Shown here: piece after piece, positions 10,051 through 19,256 of the stretch | Layout of the letters: each line of letters starts with the position of its first letter | Numbering within the stretch: position 1 is the first letter of the stretch | Origin: an uncultured delta proteobacterium | GTDB taxonomy: Bacteria; Desulfobacterota; Binatia; UBA9968 | Length of the DNA: 64,000 nt | NCBI GenBank assembly: GCA_963727625.1 | Contig: CAVSHR010000004.1 | Coordinates: 544,001-608,000 of the forward strand | Direction: 5' to 3' | The notes under the pieces: model-generated | Told to the model about the DNA's origin: nothing | The model's database searches: none | The model's input: the letters and a program-made list of their open reading frames with translations, nothing else | Translations under genes and position numbers: made by a program

Positions 10051-12804
10051 TTAAGCCCTCCCCGGTTGAATTTCGTCGAGCTTCGCCAAACTACTTCGGA
10101 GCGTGCGGATTTTTTCTTCGAATTGAATCGCCTTTTCTTTTTCTTTTCTGACGATTTCGTCTTTGGCTTTGGCTAGAAACTCGATGTTGCCGAGCTTCTT
10201 TTGCACCCGAGCAAGCTCGTCTTCGATTTTGCCGACCTCTTTGGACAAGCGCGCGCGCTCCTCGTCGAGATTGACGAGATCATCGAGCGGCAAGTAAATT
10301 TCCAAACCTTCGACCACCGCAGTGGCAGCGCCCCTGGGGCGGTCGGCGGCGGTGCGGTATTCGGCCGTGCCGACCCTCGCCAGCGCGCGCAAATACTCCC
10401 GTTGCTCGCGCACGAAATCCAGGTCCGCCTTCTGGCCGCAAAAAATCGCCTTGACCTGTTTGCCCGGCGGGCAGTTCATTTCCGTGCGCAGATTTCGCAC
10501 GGCGCGAATCACGCCCATCAGGAAAGACATGTTCTTTTCGCTCGCTTCATCGCGCCAGCCCGAATGCGCCGCGGGATAGCGCTGGATCATGATGCTCGGG
10601 CGCTGATCGCCGAGCCGCTGCCAGATTTCCTCGGTGACAAAGGGCATGATCGGATGCAACAGAAAGAGGATCTGTTCCAATAATTCTTGCAAGAGCCGGC
10701 GGCTCTTCGCGGCCTGATTCGCGTCGGCGCTATTGAGCGCCAGTTTACTCATCTCGATGTACCAGTCACAGAACTCGTGCCAGGTAAACTGATACAAGAT
10801 ATTGGCGTAATCGTTAAACCGGTAGGCGTCGATCGCCTTGCGCGCTTCGGCGGTGGCGAACGCCAGCCGCGCGCGAATCCACCGTTCCGCAAAGCCGAGG
10901 GTTGGGTCTTCGAGCGCCGCGCCGTCCCCCACGGCGCCGCTTTGCGCGGGCTGATTCATCTGCACGAAGCGCGCGGCATTCCATAACTTGTTGACGAAGT
11001 TTTGATAACCGGCGATGCGCTCTTCGGCGAGTTTGATGTCGCGCCCCATGGCCGCCATCGCCGCCAAGGTAAAGCGGAACGCGTCGGTGCCGTACTTTTT
11101 CATGACGTCCAGCGGGTCGATGACGTTGCCCTTGGATTTGGACATCTTTTGGCCCTGTTCGTCGCGCACCAGCGCATGGATGTAAACATCGCGGAACGGT
11201 ACGTCGTCCATGAACTTGAGACCCATCATAATCATGCGGGCGACCCAAAAAAATAAGATATCGAAGCCGGTGATCAGCGTCGAAGTTGGATAAAAGCTTT
11301 TGAGGTCTGCGGTTTTCTCCGGCCAGCCCAGGGTCGAGAAAGGCCACAACGCCGAGGAGAACCAGGTGTCGAGCACATCGGGATCCTGGACCAATTCAGT
11401 ACCGCCGCACTTCGGACAGCGCTGCGGCTTTTGATGGCCGACGATCGGCTGGGCGTCTTTCGAAAGAATGTAATCGCCGTTCGCCGCGGCGATCAGATTG
11501 GCTCCTTCGCAGTTCTTGCAGTACCAGGCCGGAATTTGATGGCCCCACCAAATTTGCCGCGAGATGCACCAGTCTTTGATGTTTTCCATCCAGACAAAAT
11601 AGGAATTGCTCCACCCTTCCGGGAGGATCTGAATTCTGCCGTCGCGCACAGCGCGCAGCGCAGGTTCGGCGAGCGGTTTGATGTTCACAAACCACTGCGG
11701 CGTTAAATATGGCTCGATCACGGTCTGGCAGCGGTAGCAATGGCCCACGGCCAGATTATGAGCCTCGGTCTTTTCGAGAAAGCCCTTTTCTTGCAACTCC
11801 GCAACGACAAGTTTCCTCGCTTCGAAGCGGTCCCTGCCGCGGTAGCGCTCGATCCACTTGCCGCTCTCGCCGCGGGCGATAAACGCTGAGGCGTCAATTC
11901 GCGCATCGGCGTCGAAAATGCTGATTTTGTCCAGACCGAAGCGCTCGCCGATATCGAAGTCGTTGAAGTCATGTCCCGGCGTGATCTTGAGCGCACCCGT
12001 GCCGAACTCGCGGTCGACGAACGGGTCGGCGATAAGTGGAACGATCCGGCCGGTAATCGGCAGCAGAATTTTCTTGCCGATGAGACGCTGGTAGCGCTCG
12101 TCTTCGGGGTGCACCGCCACGGCGGTATCGCCGAGCATGGTCTCGGGCCGGGTCGTCGCCACCACCAGCGCCGGCGCAGAGTCGTCGGCCAAAGGATAGC
12201 GGATATGCCAGAGGTTGCCGCTCGCTTCCTCATGCACCACTTCGATATCAGCCAGCGCGGTTTTGCAACGGGGGCACCAATTGATCAGCCGCTCGGCGCG
12301 ATAAAGCAACTGGTCTTCCCAGAGCTTGACGAAGGCCTCGCGCACGGCGCGCGACAACCCCTCGTCCATGGTGAAACGTTCATGGCTCCAGTCGCAAGAG
12401 ACGCCCAGGGCCTTGAGCTGACGCAAGATCGCGTTACCGGCTTCCTGTTTCCATTGCCAGACGGTTTCGACAAATTTTTCGCGGCCGAGCTCGGCCCGGC
12501 CAATGCCCCTTTGGGCCAACTGGCGCTCGACCACGTTTTGCGTTGCGATGCCCGCGTGATCGGTGCCCGGCACCCAGAGCACGCGCCGGCCATCCATGCG
12601 CTTGAACCGGCAAAGAATATCCTGGAGCGTATTGTTGAGCGCATGCCCCATGTGCAACGATCCGGTTACGTTCGGCGGCGGAATCACGATTGAAAAATAA
12701 TCGCCGCCGTCTTTCGAAGGTTCGAACAAACTGGATTGCATCCAGTGGCTATACCACTTGGATTCGATCTCCTGATGACTATAGGCCTTACTCAACTCCT
12801 GCAT
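10051..12804 (-). CDS. valS: Valine--tRNA ligase
   Basis: PPPNVTGSLHMGH, KMSKSKGN, C-terminal coiled coil. Confidence 0.98.
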   Translation of the reverse strand: MQELSKAYSHQEIESKWYSHWMQSSLFEPSKDGGDYFSIVIPPPNVTGSLHMGHALNNTLQDILCRFKRMDGRRVLWVPGTDHAGIATQNVVERQLAQRGIGRAELGREKFVETVWQWKQEAGNAILRQLKALGVSCDWSHERFTMDEGLSRAVREAFVKLWEDQLLYRAERLINWCPRCKTALADIEVVHEEASGNLWHIRYPLADDSAPALVVATTRPETMLGDTAVAVHPEDERYQRLIGKKILLPITGRIVPLIADPFVDREFGTGALKITPGHDFNDFDIGERFGLDKISIFDADARIDASAFIARGESGKWIERYRGRDRFEARKLVVAELQEKGFLEKTEAHNLAVGHCYRCQTVIEPYLTPQWFVNIKPLAEPALRAVRDGRIQILPEGWSNSYFVWMENIKDWCISRQIWWGHQIPAWYCKNCEGANLIAAANGDYILSKDAQPIVGHQKPQRCPKCGGTELVQDPDVLDTWFSSALWPFSTLGWPEKTADLKSFYPTSTLITGFDILFFWVARMIMMGLKFMDDVPFRDVYIHALVRDEQGQKMSKSKGNVIDPLDVMKKYGTDAFRFTLAAMAAMGRDIKLAEERIAGYQNFVNKLWNAARFVQMNQPAQSGAVGDGAALEDPTLGFAERWIRARLAFATAEARKAIDAYRFNDYANILYQFTWHEFCDWYIEMSKLALNSADANQAAKSRRLLQELLEQILFLLHPIMPFVTEEIWQRLGDQRPSIMIQRYPAAHSGWRDEASEKNMSFLMGVIRAVRNLRTEMNCPPGKQVKAIFCGQKADLDFVREQREYLRALARVGTAEYRTAADRPRGAATAVVEGLEIYLPLDDLVNLDEERARLSKEVGKIEDELARVQKKLGNIEFLAKAKDEIVRKEKEKAIQFEEKIRTLRSSLAKLDEIQPGRA

Positions 12805-12808
12805 AAAT

Positions 12809-13333
12809 CTATTCTTTCTTCAGAGATTCCAATTGACCGCCGTGGTTGGCGACCTCTTCGACCACGTCGACAAGCTCGATAATATTCTGCTTCGATTCGC
12901 CGGCATCGCCTGTCGTCTTGGCCTGTTTGACTCGCGGATTCTTGCGAACCGGCCCGTCTGATCGCCTCGATTCCGCGCTCGTCGGTTGATTTGGCGACTT
13001 GGACGAAACTCGGACTGCCAACAGGGCCTGCTTCAACGATTCTTTGTCGAGCGGCAACCTGACGCGCGCGAACCTATCCACTGCCGGAACTTTCGCTTGA
13101 TCATCGGCATCGAGCCAAATGACGGGAACCTGCCAACCTTGGATCACCCCGAACTCCAACCCAGACAGCAATCCTCGCTCCCGCAAAGCTGTAGCGTCGA
13201 TGACCGCAAGATCGATGCCCTCCGCTGTTTCCGGAATCGTTTTCGCGATTGTTAGCTCATGCTCCGCGAAGAGCGCGGCTGTGAACCCATGTTGCAATAG
13301 CTTATAGGGTTCGATGACCAAAATTCTACTCAT
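12809..13333 (-). CDS. Hypothetical protein with degenerate receiver-like N-terminus
   Basis: RILVIE...DLAVID...PVIWL pattern; ends 4 nt before the valS start. Confidence 0.65.
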   Translation of the reverse strand: MSRILVIEPYKLLQHGFTAALFAEHELTIAKTIPETAEGIDLAVIDATALRERGLLSGLEFGVIQGWQVPVIWLDADDQAKVPAVDRFARVRLPLDKESLKQALLAVRVSSKSPNQPTSAESRRSDGPVRKNPRVKQAKTTGDAGESKQNIIELVDVVEEVANHGGQLESLKKE

Positions 13334-13419
13334 GAACGCGCGACTGGCTCGTCATTACTTGACAAGGCGTCGACCTCAAGTTACATAAAGCTCACGGTTG
13401 ATACACGTGGAGCTGCAGA

Positions 13420-13506
13420 GCGAAAGTGGCGGAATTGGTAGACGCGCAGGATTCAGGATCCTGTGGGGTAACACCCGTGGGGGTTCGATTCCCCCCTTTC
13501 GCACCA
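13420..13506 (+). tRNA. tRNA-Leu (CAG)
   Basis: GCGAAAG/CTTTCGC acceptor stem, CAGGA-TTCAGGA-TCCTG anticodon arm, long variable arm, GGTTCGATT T-loop, encoded CCA. Confidence 0.97.
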
Positions 13507-13744
13507 TTTTTAAACTACGTAGCATAGAAATCTGTTATTCTCTAATCTCCTCCTAATTCCTCGCCGTGACCAGCAGGGGCCGGCGCCCGGTATCCACGCC
13601 AACTGCACAAGCGCGAAGTTTAATCCTACAAAATCACACTAAGAAGCGGAGGTGGAAAGTTTAACCGACGATCGGCGATTTTCCGTTCGAGGGTTGCGAG
13701 TTCGCGAATGGACTACGGCAACAAGAAGGTTCTCTCAATTGCTT

Positions 13745-14086
13745 ATGAAAAAACTAACGGCGCTATTAGCAGTTGCAATCTTGTCGGCGGCGGCTAGCTC
13801 TTGCTCGAAAGATGCAGATGAGAAAAGCGCGGCTGTTAAAGATCCTGACTGGCAGCGTGGCCGCGCGGTATTTCTCGCAAACTGCGTTGCCTGCCACAAC
13901 AACGATCCGTCGAGGGACGGCCCGATCGGACCCGCTATTAAAGGCTCGTCGAAAGAACTCATTGAAGCTCGAGTTCTTTCGACGTCCTATCCGCCCGGCT
14001 ACAAGCCAAAGCGCCCGACCAAAGTGATGCCGCAGTTTCCCTTCTTAAAAAACGAGATCCCTTATCTCGCCGCTTATCTGCGGTGA
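13745..14086 (+). CDS. Monoheme cytochrome c, probable lipoprotein
   Basis: Signal MKKLTALLAVAILSAAASSC, CVACH heme motif, distal MP. Confidence 0.88.
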   Translation: MKKLTALLAVAILSAAASSCSKDADEKSAAVKDPDWQRGRAVFLANCVACHNNDPSRDGPIGPAIKGSSKELIEARVLSTSYPPGYKPKRPTKVMPQFPFLKNEIPYLAAYLR

Positions 14087-14098
14087 CCGCGTTTCATT

Positions 14099-14794
14099 CT
14101 AGGTGAGCGCGATCGTCAACAGAAACAAGATGCCGGCGAGCAGAAACCCAAACCAAAGAGACCCTTTCACCGAGTCCAAAGGCTGCTTGGTGGGACCCTG
14201 CGTACCGACCAGCGCGTTAACTTCCACGCCGCCAATAATTATCAGCACAACGATCCAGAACAGCGCGCGTGCCCGAGTCTGAAGAACCATTTGCGGATAG
14301 TGGCTCGCCGCGCCCATGTAGAGCAACATCGGAATGGAAAATACCGTGTTCGTCCTCGATGCCAAAGCGGCGCGACGTGCTGAGCCGGCGGCCGCTGGCA
14401 GCGCTTGACCGCCGGACGCGACCTGGTTCGTAGAAGCAATGACAATTTGCTGAGCCGGCCAAATGACCAACCAAACATTGAGGAACATCAAAATACCCAT
14501 CAAACCACCGATGGTAATCGTGACGCCATAGGAAGACGAATAGAAAAGCCCAGCGCCCATTTCACTCATGCGCATGATGTAAATCAAAAAACCGGCGAGA
14601 AACGTGAACATGGCGCCCCAACGAAACCACCACAGCGCACGGGGGACCAGTTTCTGAATCGCCCCCGTTCTTACCGCCGCTTCAGTCTCGGCAAAAAACG
14701 GCGTTTGTACGAAATTAAAATAATAGAGAATCCCGATCCAGGTTACTCCCGACAGAAAATGGATCCACCGCAAGAAAAATAACGTAAATTCCAT
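14099..14794 (-). CDS. PuuD-family (urate hydroxylase) membrane domain protein
   Basis: RWIHFLSGVTWIGILYYFNF, ALWWFRW, NVWLVIWPAQ, SRTNT...SHY; no fused cytochrome c. Confidence 0.8.
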   Translation of the reverse strand: MEFTLFFLRWIHFLSGVTWIGILYYFNFVQTPFFAETEAAVRTGAIQKLVPRALWWFRWGAMFTFLAGFLIYIMRMSEMGAGLFYSSSYGVTITIGGLMGILMFLNVWLVIWPAQQIVIASTNQVASGGQALPAAAGSARRAALASRTNTVFSIPMLLYMGAASHYPQMVLQTRARALFWIVVLIIIGGVEVNALVGTQGPTKQPLDSVKGSLWFGFLLAGILFLLTIALT

Positions 14795-15159
14795 AATCAC
14801 TCCCCCCTCTTTCTACTTCATTCGATTTTCCATCAAATGAAAACCCATTCAATATCGCCTGCCCGATTATATATTCGGGGATGCGCGTTTTTGTCAAGAA
14901 AAAACCCGACTGTCACCGCAACCATCGCTTATCTTGCGCCCGCCCCTAAAAGCCCCCCCTGGGATTTTTCAGCGCGCCGGCAGCCTTCAACAGCCAATGT
15001 CTCGCCGCGAAAAGCTTGACTTGACCAATCCGGGGATCTATGACATTTTCCTGCTAGCCTTTCTAGCCGGCACGCGGAGTCACTCTGATTCAAGAAACAA
15101 AAACTCAAGAGCTTAAATCGGATTCCAACATCAGCGCAGGCACCGACCGCGGCATCTCC

Positions 15160-16128
15160 TTGCTCCATGGAGCGGATGATCCGTTTAGCTGCGTCAGCGA
15201 GGAACTGCAACTCGTTGAAGATAATCTGATTCGCGCCATCCGCTCGAGAGAACAAGGACTCACCGATATCTCAGCCCACCTGGTTCACAGCGGTGGCAAG
15301 AGGGTCCGGCCGATGGTTACGCTGTTAGCGTACTTCGCTTTCGGCGGTAAGCGCACGCAAGACATCGTCGATATCGCCACTGCCATCGAGCTTATCCATA
15401 CGGCTACGCTCCTACACGACGATATCATTGACGGCGCCGAAACTCGACGCGGCAAAGAATCCGCTTATAAAAAATTCGGATTGAAGTCGACCCTGGTTGC
15501 GGGTGACTTTCTTTTCATCAAGGCCTTCGAATTTGCCGGCAAGTTTGATGAAACCGTGGTTCAATGGACGGCCGACGCGTGCACCTTGTTGACCGAAGGC
15601 GAAATTTTGCAGGGTAACTTCAATCGCAACCGCGCGGTGACGATCGAGAACTATCTGGAAATTGTCAAACGGAAGACCGGGTCGCTCTTTCACACCGGTG
15701 CCAAAGTCGGCGCCTATCTCGCCGGCGCCCATGCCTCTCTGATCGAGGAGACCGAATGTTACGGCCTCAACATGGGCATCGCCTTCCAGATGGTCGACGA
15801 TGTCCTCGACGTGGTCGGTCACGCCGACCTTCTGGGCAAACCTATTGGCATGGATTTGCGCGACGGCAATCCCGCGTTGCCAATCATTCTCGCGGTGATC
15901 AGCGGCGATATCACGGTACGCGAAGCCTTCGAATGCCGCGCTCCCTCCGAAGCGCAGATCCAAGCGGCGCTCGAGGCGATTAAAACCGGGCCCTCGATCC
16001 AAGAAGCCAAATCGCTTTCCAAGCGCTACGCCAAAGAAGCATTGAAATCGGTGAAAAAGCTGCCGCCGTCAAAATACCGAAACGGACTCAAGAGCATGGT
16101 ACAGCTGATCATCGATCGAGATTTTTAG
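15160..16128 (+). CDS. Long-chain polyprenyl diphosphate synthase (start may lie upstream)
   Basis: GGKRVRP, LLHDDIIDGAETRRG, FQMVDDVLD. Confidence 0.92.
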   Translation: MLHGADDPFSCVSEELQLVEDNLIRAIRSREQGLTDISAHLVHSGGKRVRPMVTLLAYFAFGGKRTQDIVDIATAIELIHTATLLHDDIIDGAETRRGKESAYKKFGLKSTLVAGDFLFIKAFEFAGKFDETVVQWTADACTLLTEGEILQGNFNRNRAVTIENYLEIVKRKTGSLFHTGAKVGAYLAGAHASLIEETECYGLNMGIAFQMVDDVLDVVGHADLLGKPIGMDLRDGNPALPIILAVISGDITVREAFECRAPSEAQIQAALEAIKTGPSIQEAKSLSKRYAKEALKSVKKLPPSKYRNGLKSMVQLIIDRDF

Positions 16129-16174
16129 CTGCGGCGTCCGTGCCGCGTCGATCCCAATCTCCGCACTCCTGCCA

Positions 16175-16912
16175 ATGTCCGCTTTGAACCCTTTGCGTGA
16201 CCAATCCGTTCAAAGAATGTTCGATCGAATCGCCGGGCGTTATGACTTGCTCAATCGCGTCATCAGCTTTCGTCTCGACGGATGGTGGCGACGCCAGGTG
16301 ATCCGCAAGGCAATGACCAAGGCGCAACCCTGGATTCTCGACATCGGTACCGGCACCGGCGATTTGATTTTTGACGCGGCCAAGGCGGCGCGCGGCAACG
16401 GCGGATTTGTCGGCCTGGATTTTTCCCTGCAGATGCTCAACCTGGCGCGGGCAAAGAGGGAACGAGCACCTTACGGCAGCAGCGCGGCTTTCACGATGGG
16501 CAGTGCCATGGTTTCACCTTTCAAGGCTGGCGTGTTCGACAGCGCCATGACGGCCTTCGTGCTGCGCAACGTTTCAGATTTAAACTTGCTATTCGGCGAG
16601 GCCTTTCGTGTACTCAAACCCGGCGGCAGATTCGTTTCGTTGGATATGTTTCCGCCGTCGACGAATTGGTTTTCGCCTTTCTATTCGGTTTATTTTCATT
16701 GTTTAATGCCTCGGCTCGGGGGACTTTTGGCCGGCGATCGGGACGCCTATCAATACCTATCGGACTCGGTTCGGCGTTTTCAACCACCCGAGACGGTCGC
16801 GGCGATGATCACGCTGGCCGGTTTCGAGCAGGTGCGGGTGTATAAATTCCTGAGCGGCGCAGTTTGCATGCACACCGCGGAGAAACCTCTGCGGGCTACG
16901 GGGCAAGCGTAG
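16175..16912 (+). CDS. ubiE: Quinone C-methyltransferase, MenG/UbiE family
   Basis: MFDRIAGRYDLLNRVIS, LDIGTGTGD, RVLKPGG, AYQYLSDS. Confidence 0.9.
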   Translation: MSALNPLRDQSVQRMFDRIAGRYDLLNRVISFRLDGWWRRQVIRKAMTKAQPWILDIGTGTGDLIFDAAKAARGNGGFVGLDFSLQMLNLARAKRERAPYGSSAAFTMGSAMVSPFKAGVFDSAMTAFVLRNVSDLNLLFGEAFRVLKPGGRFVSLDMFPPSTNWFSPFYSVYFHCLMPRLGGLLAGDRDAYQYLSDSVRRFQPPETVAAMITLAGFEQVRVYKFLSGAVCMHTAEKPLRATGQA

Positions 16913-16916
16913 TTCT

Positions 16917-17747
16917 ATGCGGGGGTTTTCCAGCAGCTTCTTGATTTTCTTTTATCAGGTCGCGCTGGGCGGCCTGTTCACCCTCGCCGGCACGCCCTTT
17001 CATGAGATCGAGCGCGCTTTTTACAAATCCACCGCCGGCGTCCTCTACGTCATTGCGCTGCTCGGTTTGTGGGGCAAGAGTTTTTTATATTGGCGCAGCT
17101 TGACCGAGGGCTGGAGCTGGAGCATCGGTTTGGAAGCTGCTTTTCATCTCGCTTTTATTCTGTTCTTTTCCTGCTACATGGTTTCGCTGTGGAGCGAGCG
17201 CCAAGTCTTTCGGGCGCGCAGTTTCGCGGCGTGCGTTTTGACCGGTATGATCGGCTTACTGTTCAGCACCCACAGTTTTTACAGCGCACCGTTTTTTTCA
17301 ATTGAAACAATAATCTATCCGTCAGCTTTCTTTCTCTCATCCCTGTTGCTCGGCAGTGTCACCATCGGTATGTTAATCGGCCACTGGTACTTGATCGACA
17401 CCGGACAAAGCTTAGAGCCTTTCGTCCGGATCTATAAATTCTTTGTCGTAGCGCTGATCCTTCAGTGTGCTTTTTTCGCGCTTGCACCGCCGGCGCTCTA
17501 CTTTCTCGGCACCGCGCAGAGCCACCTGGCCTTGGAACAGCTCTGGCAACACCACGCTACCTTGCTGGTCACGCGGACTATTGTCGGCCAAGGCGCTCCG
17601 CTAATTCTTTCCTGGATGATCTGGCGTACCCTAGTGATCCCTCATACCATGGCCGCCACGGGTCTTTTTTATATCGCTCTGCTGGGAGTTTTCGTGGGAG
17701 AAATTCTTGGGCGGCAGATCTTGACGCTAACGGCGCTGCCCTTCTGA
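16917..17747 (+). CDS. Polytopic membrane protein of unknown function
   Basis: About 8 hydrophobic segments; GMLIGHWYL and HTMAATGLFY motifs; starts 4 nt after the methyltransferase. Confidence 0.75.
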   Translation: MRGFSSSFLIFFYQVALGGLFTLAGTPFHEIERAFYKSTAGVLYVIALLGLWGKSFLYWRSLTEGWSWSIGLEAAFHLAFILFFSCYMVSLWSERQVFRARSFAACVLTGMIGLLFSTHSFYSAPFFSIETIIYPSAFFLSSLLLGSVTIGMLIGHWYLIDTGQSLEPFVRIYKFFVVALILQCAFFALAPPALYFLGTAQSHLALEQLWQHHATLLVTRTIVGQGAPLILSWMIWRTLVIPHTMAATGLFYIALLGVFVGEILGRQILTLTALPF

Positions 17748-18038
17748 AGACGGCCGCGCGTTAGCGTCCGGAAGCTGGGGGTAAGTTTTCAGTTTCGTAA
17801 TGCGCAAGCCGTTGGAGGTCCAACCCAAATCATAACCAACCTGGTCGCCGACTTTCAAATCGAGCGGCGATTTCGCTTCACCGCAGAGAACGACCAATTC
17901 ATAGGAAAAGGTTAGCTCCCGGCCGCTCTCGGTGCGCACGACACCCGTGTTATTTGACGGGAACAACTTTGTGATCACGCCTTGATGATAGAAATCGCCG
18001 CGCGGCGATGCTAGCGGGTCTTTTTCTTCGGAGGTCAT
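17727..18038 (-). CDS. Small OB-fold / cold-shock-like protein
   Basis: GVITKLFPSNNTGVVRTESGRELTF...LKVGDQVGYDL follows the CSD strand pattern; AGGA before ATG at 18038. Confidence 0.65.
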   Translation of the reverse strand: MTSEEKDPLASPRGDFYHQGVITKLFPSNNTGVVRTESGRELTFSYELVVLCGEAKSPLDLKVGDQVGYDLGWTSNGLRITKLKTYPQLPDANARPSSEGQRR

Positions 18039-18123
18039 GTTCCTAGTAAAACTCAATCGTCCGCGCATGACGCGCTTGATTTTTGCCTTGGCGATCGAAA
18101 CTCGGACTTCACTGGAACTGAAT

Positions 18124-18651
18124 TCAAACGATTGGATGTTTTTGCGCGGCAATGCGCCTTTGTAGCTCCATGAGACCGTCAAGGACCGCCTCCGGCCGCG
18201 GTGGGCAGCCCGGCACATAGATATCGACAGGAATGATTCTATCGATGCCTTGGACGGTTGCGTAATTGTCATAAAAACCGCCGCTCGCCGCGCACGCGCC
18301 AAAAGCCATAACCCATTTAGGCTCGGACATTTGCTCATACACCCGTTTGAGAACCGGAGAAAGTTTGTGGTTCACCGTGCCAATAACCATGAGCAGGTCT
18401 GCCTGCCGAGGACTGAAGCGCGGCAGCAGCGCACCGAAGCGATCAATATCGTATGGCGACATGGATAGTGACATATACTCCATGGCACAGCAGGCCGTGG
18501 CGAAAGGATACGGAAAGAGCGAATATTTGCGCGCCCAACCGACCGCCTTATCCAGGCGAGTTAAGACCACTGTCTCTGCGAGCAGCTTTTCCTGCCCGAA
18601 GCGTGACTGGGCGACTGCCTTTGCTTGTTCCATAATTATCGACTTGCTCAC
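18124..18651 (-). CDS. nuoB: NADH-quinone oxidoreductase subunit B (orphan)
   Basis: TACCAME, SPRQADL, GACAASGG, YVPGCPPRPE. Confidence 0.93.
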   Translation of the reverse strand: MSKSIIMEQAKAVAQSRFGQEKLLAETVVLTRLDKAVGWARKYSLFPYPFATACCAMEYMSLSMSPYDIDRFGALLPRFSPRQADLLMVIGTVNHKLSPVLKRVYEQMSEPKWVMAFGACAASGGFYDNYATVQGIDRIIPVDIYVPGCPPRPEAVLDGLMELQRRIAAQKHPIV

Positions 18652-18905
18652 TTCACTTCGGTCACTAACGCAAACTGGCCTGCTGAAAAGATACTATTTT
18701 CCCAGCCATCTGACAAATTCACCTCCGCGCAGTCGTTTAAGCGATGCGGGCATATCATTCTGTTTCACTGCATGACGAAACCACTCCCCGGTTGAAAACC
18801 AGCGGGAGGTCTCGGGCGGGATCTTAGCGGCACACGAATCAATCGTGGCCAATGGAGAAGATTCATCACTCCCTCGACACTCGCCACAAGAAACGGTGAA
18901 AGGCG

Positions 18906-19106
18906 TTATTCTTTCGTTACGTTTACCGCTTGGGGCCCTTTGTCGCCCTGAGCAATTTCAAATTTGACGCTCTCCCCCTCATTAAGGGTCTTAAAACCTT
19001 CGCCCTGAATCGCGCTATAGTGAACGAATACATCTCCCCCACCTTCTTTTTCAATGAAACCGTATCCCTTCGCGTTGTTGAACCACTTGACCTTGCCGCT
19101 CGTCAT
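18906..19106 (-). CDS. cspA: Cold-shock protein
   Basis: [24 protein letters not shown]. Confidence 0.96.
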   Translation of the reverse strand: MTSGKVKWFNNAKGYGFIEKEGGGDVFVHYSAIQGEGFKTLNEGESVKFEIAQGDKGPQAVNVTKE

Positions 19107-19227
19107 CTCCTAAGCCTCCTTACCCACACAGGATTGGATATCACCGCGTCTAGCATTCATGCACCCGCCCCTAGGTCGCTTTGGTCATAGCCCTTCGCCT
19201 TTTCCGTTCTCAGAATTGCGCTGGCGA

Positions 19228-19256
19228 GATTAGGAAATGCTGGCAGTAATTGTCAA
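19228..19256 (-). promoter_or_regulatory. Putative sigma70 promoter of the csp gene
   Basis: TTGACA-N18-TAATCT on the minus strand, implying a leader of about 115 nt; ends approximate. Confidence 0.5.
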
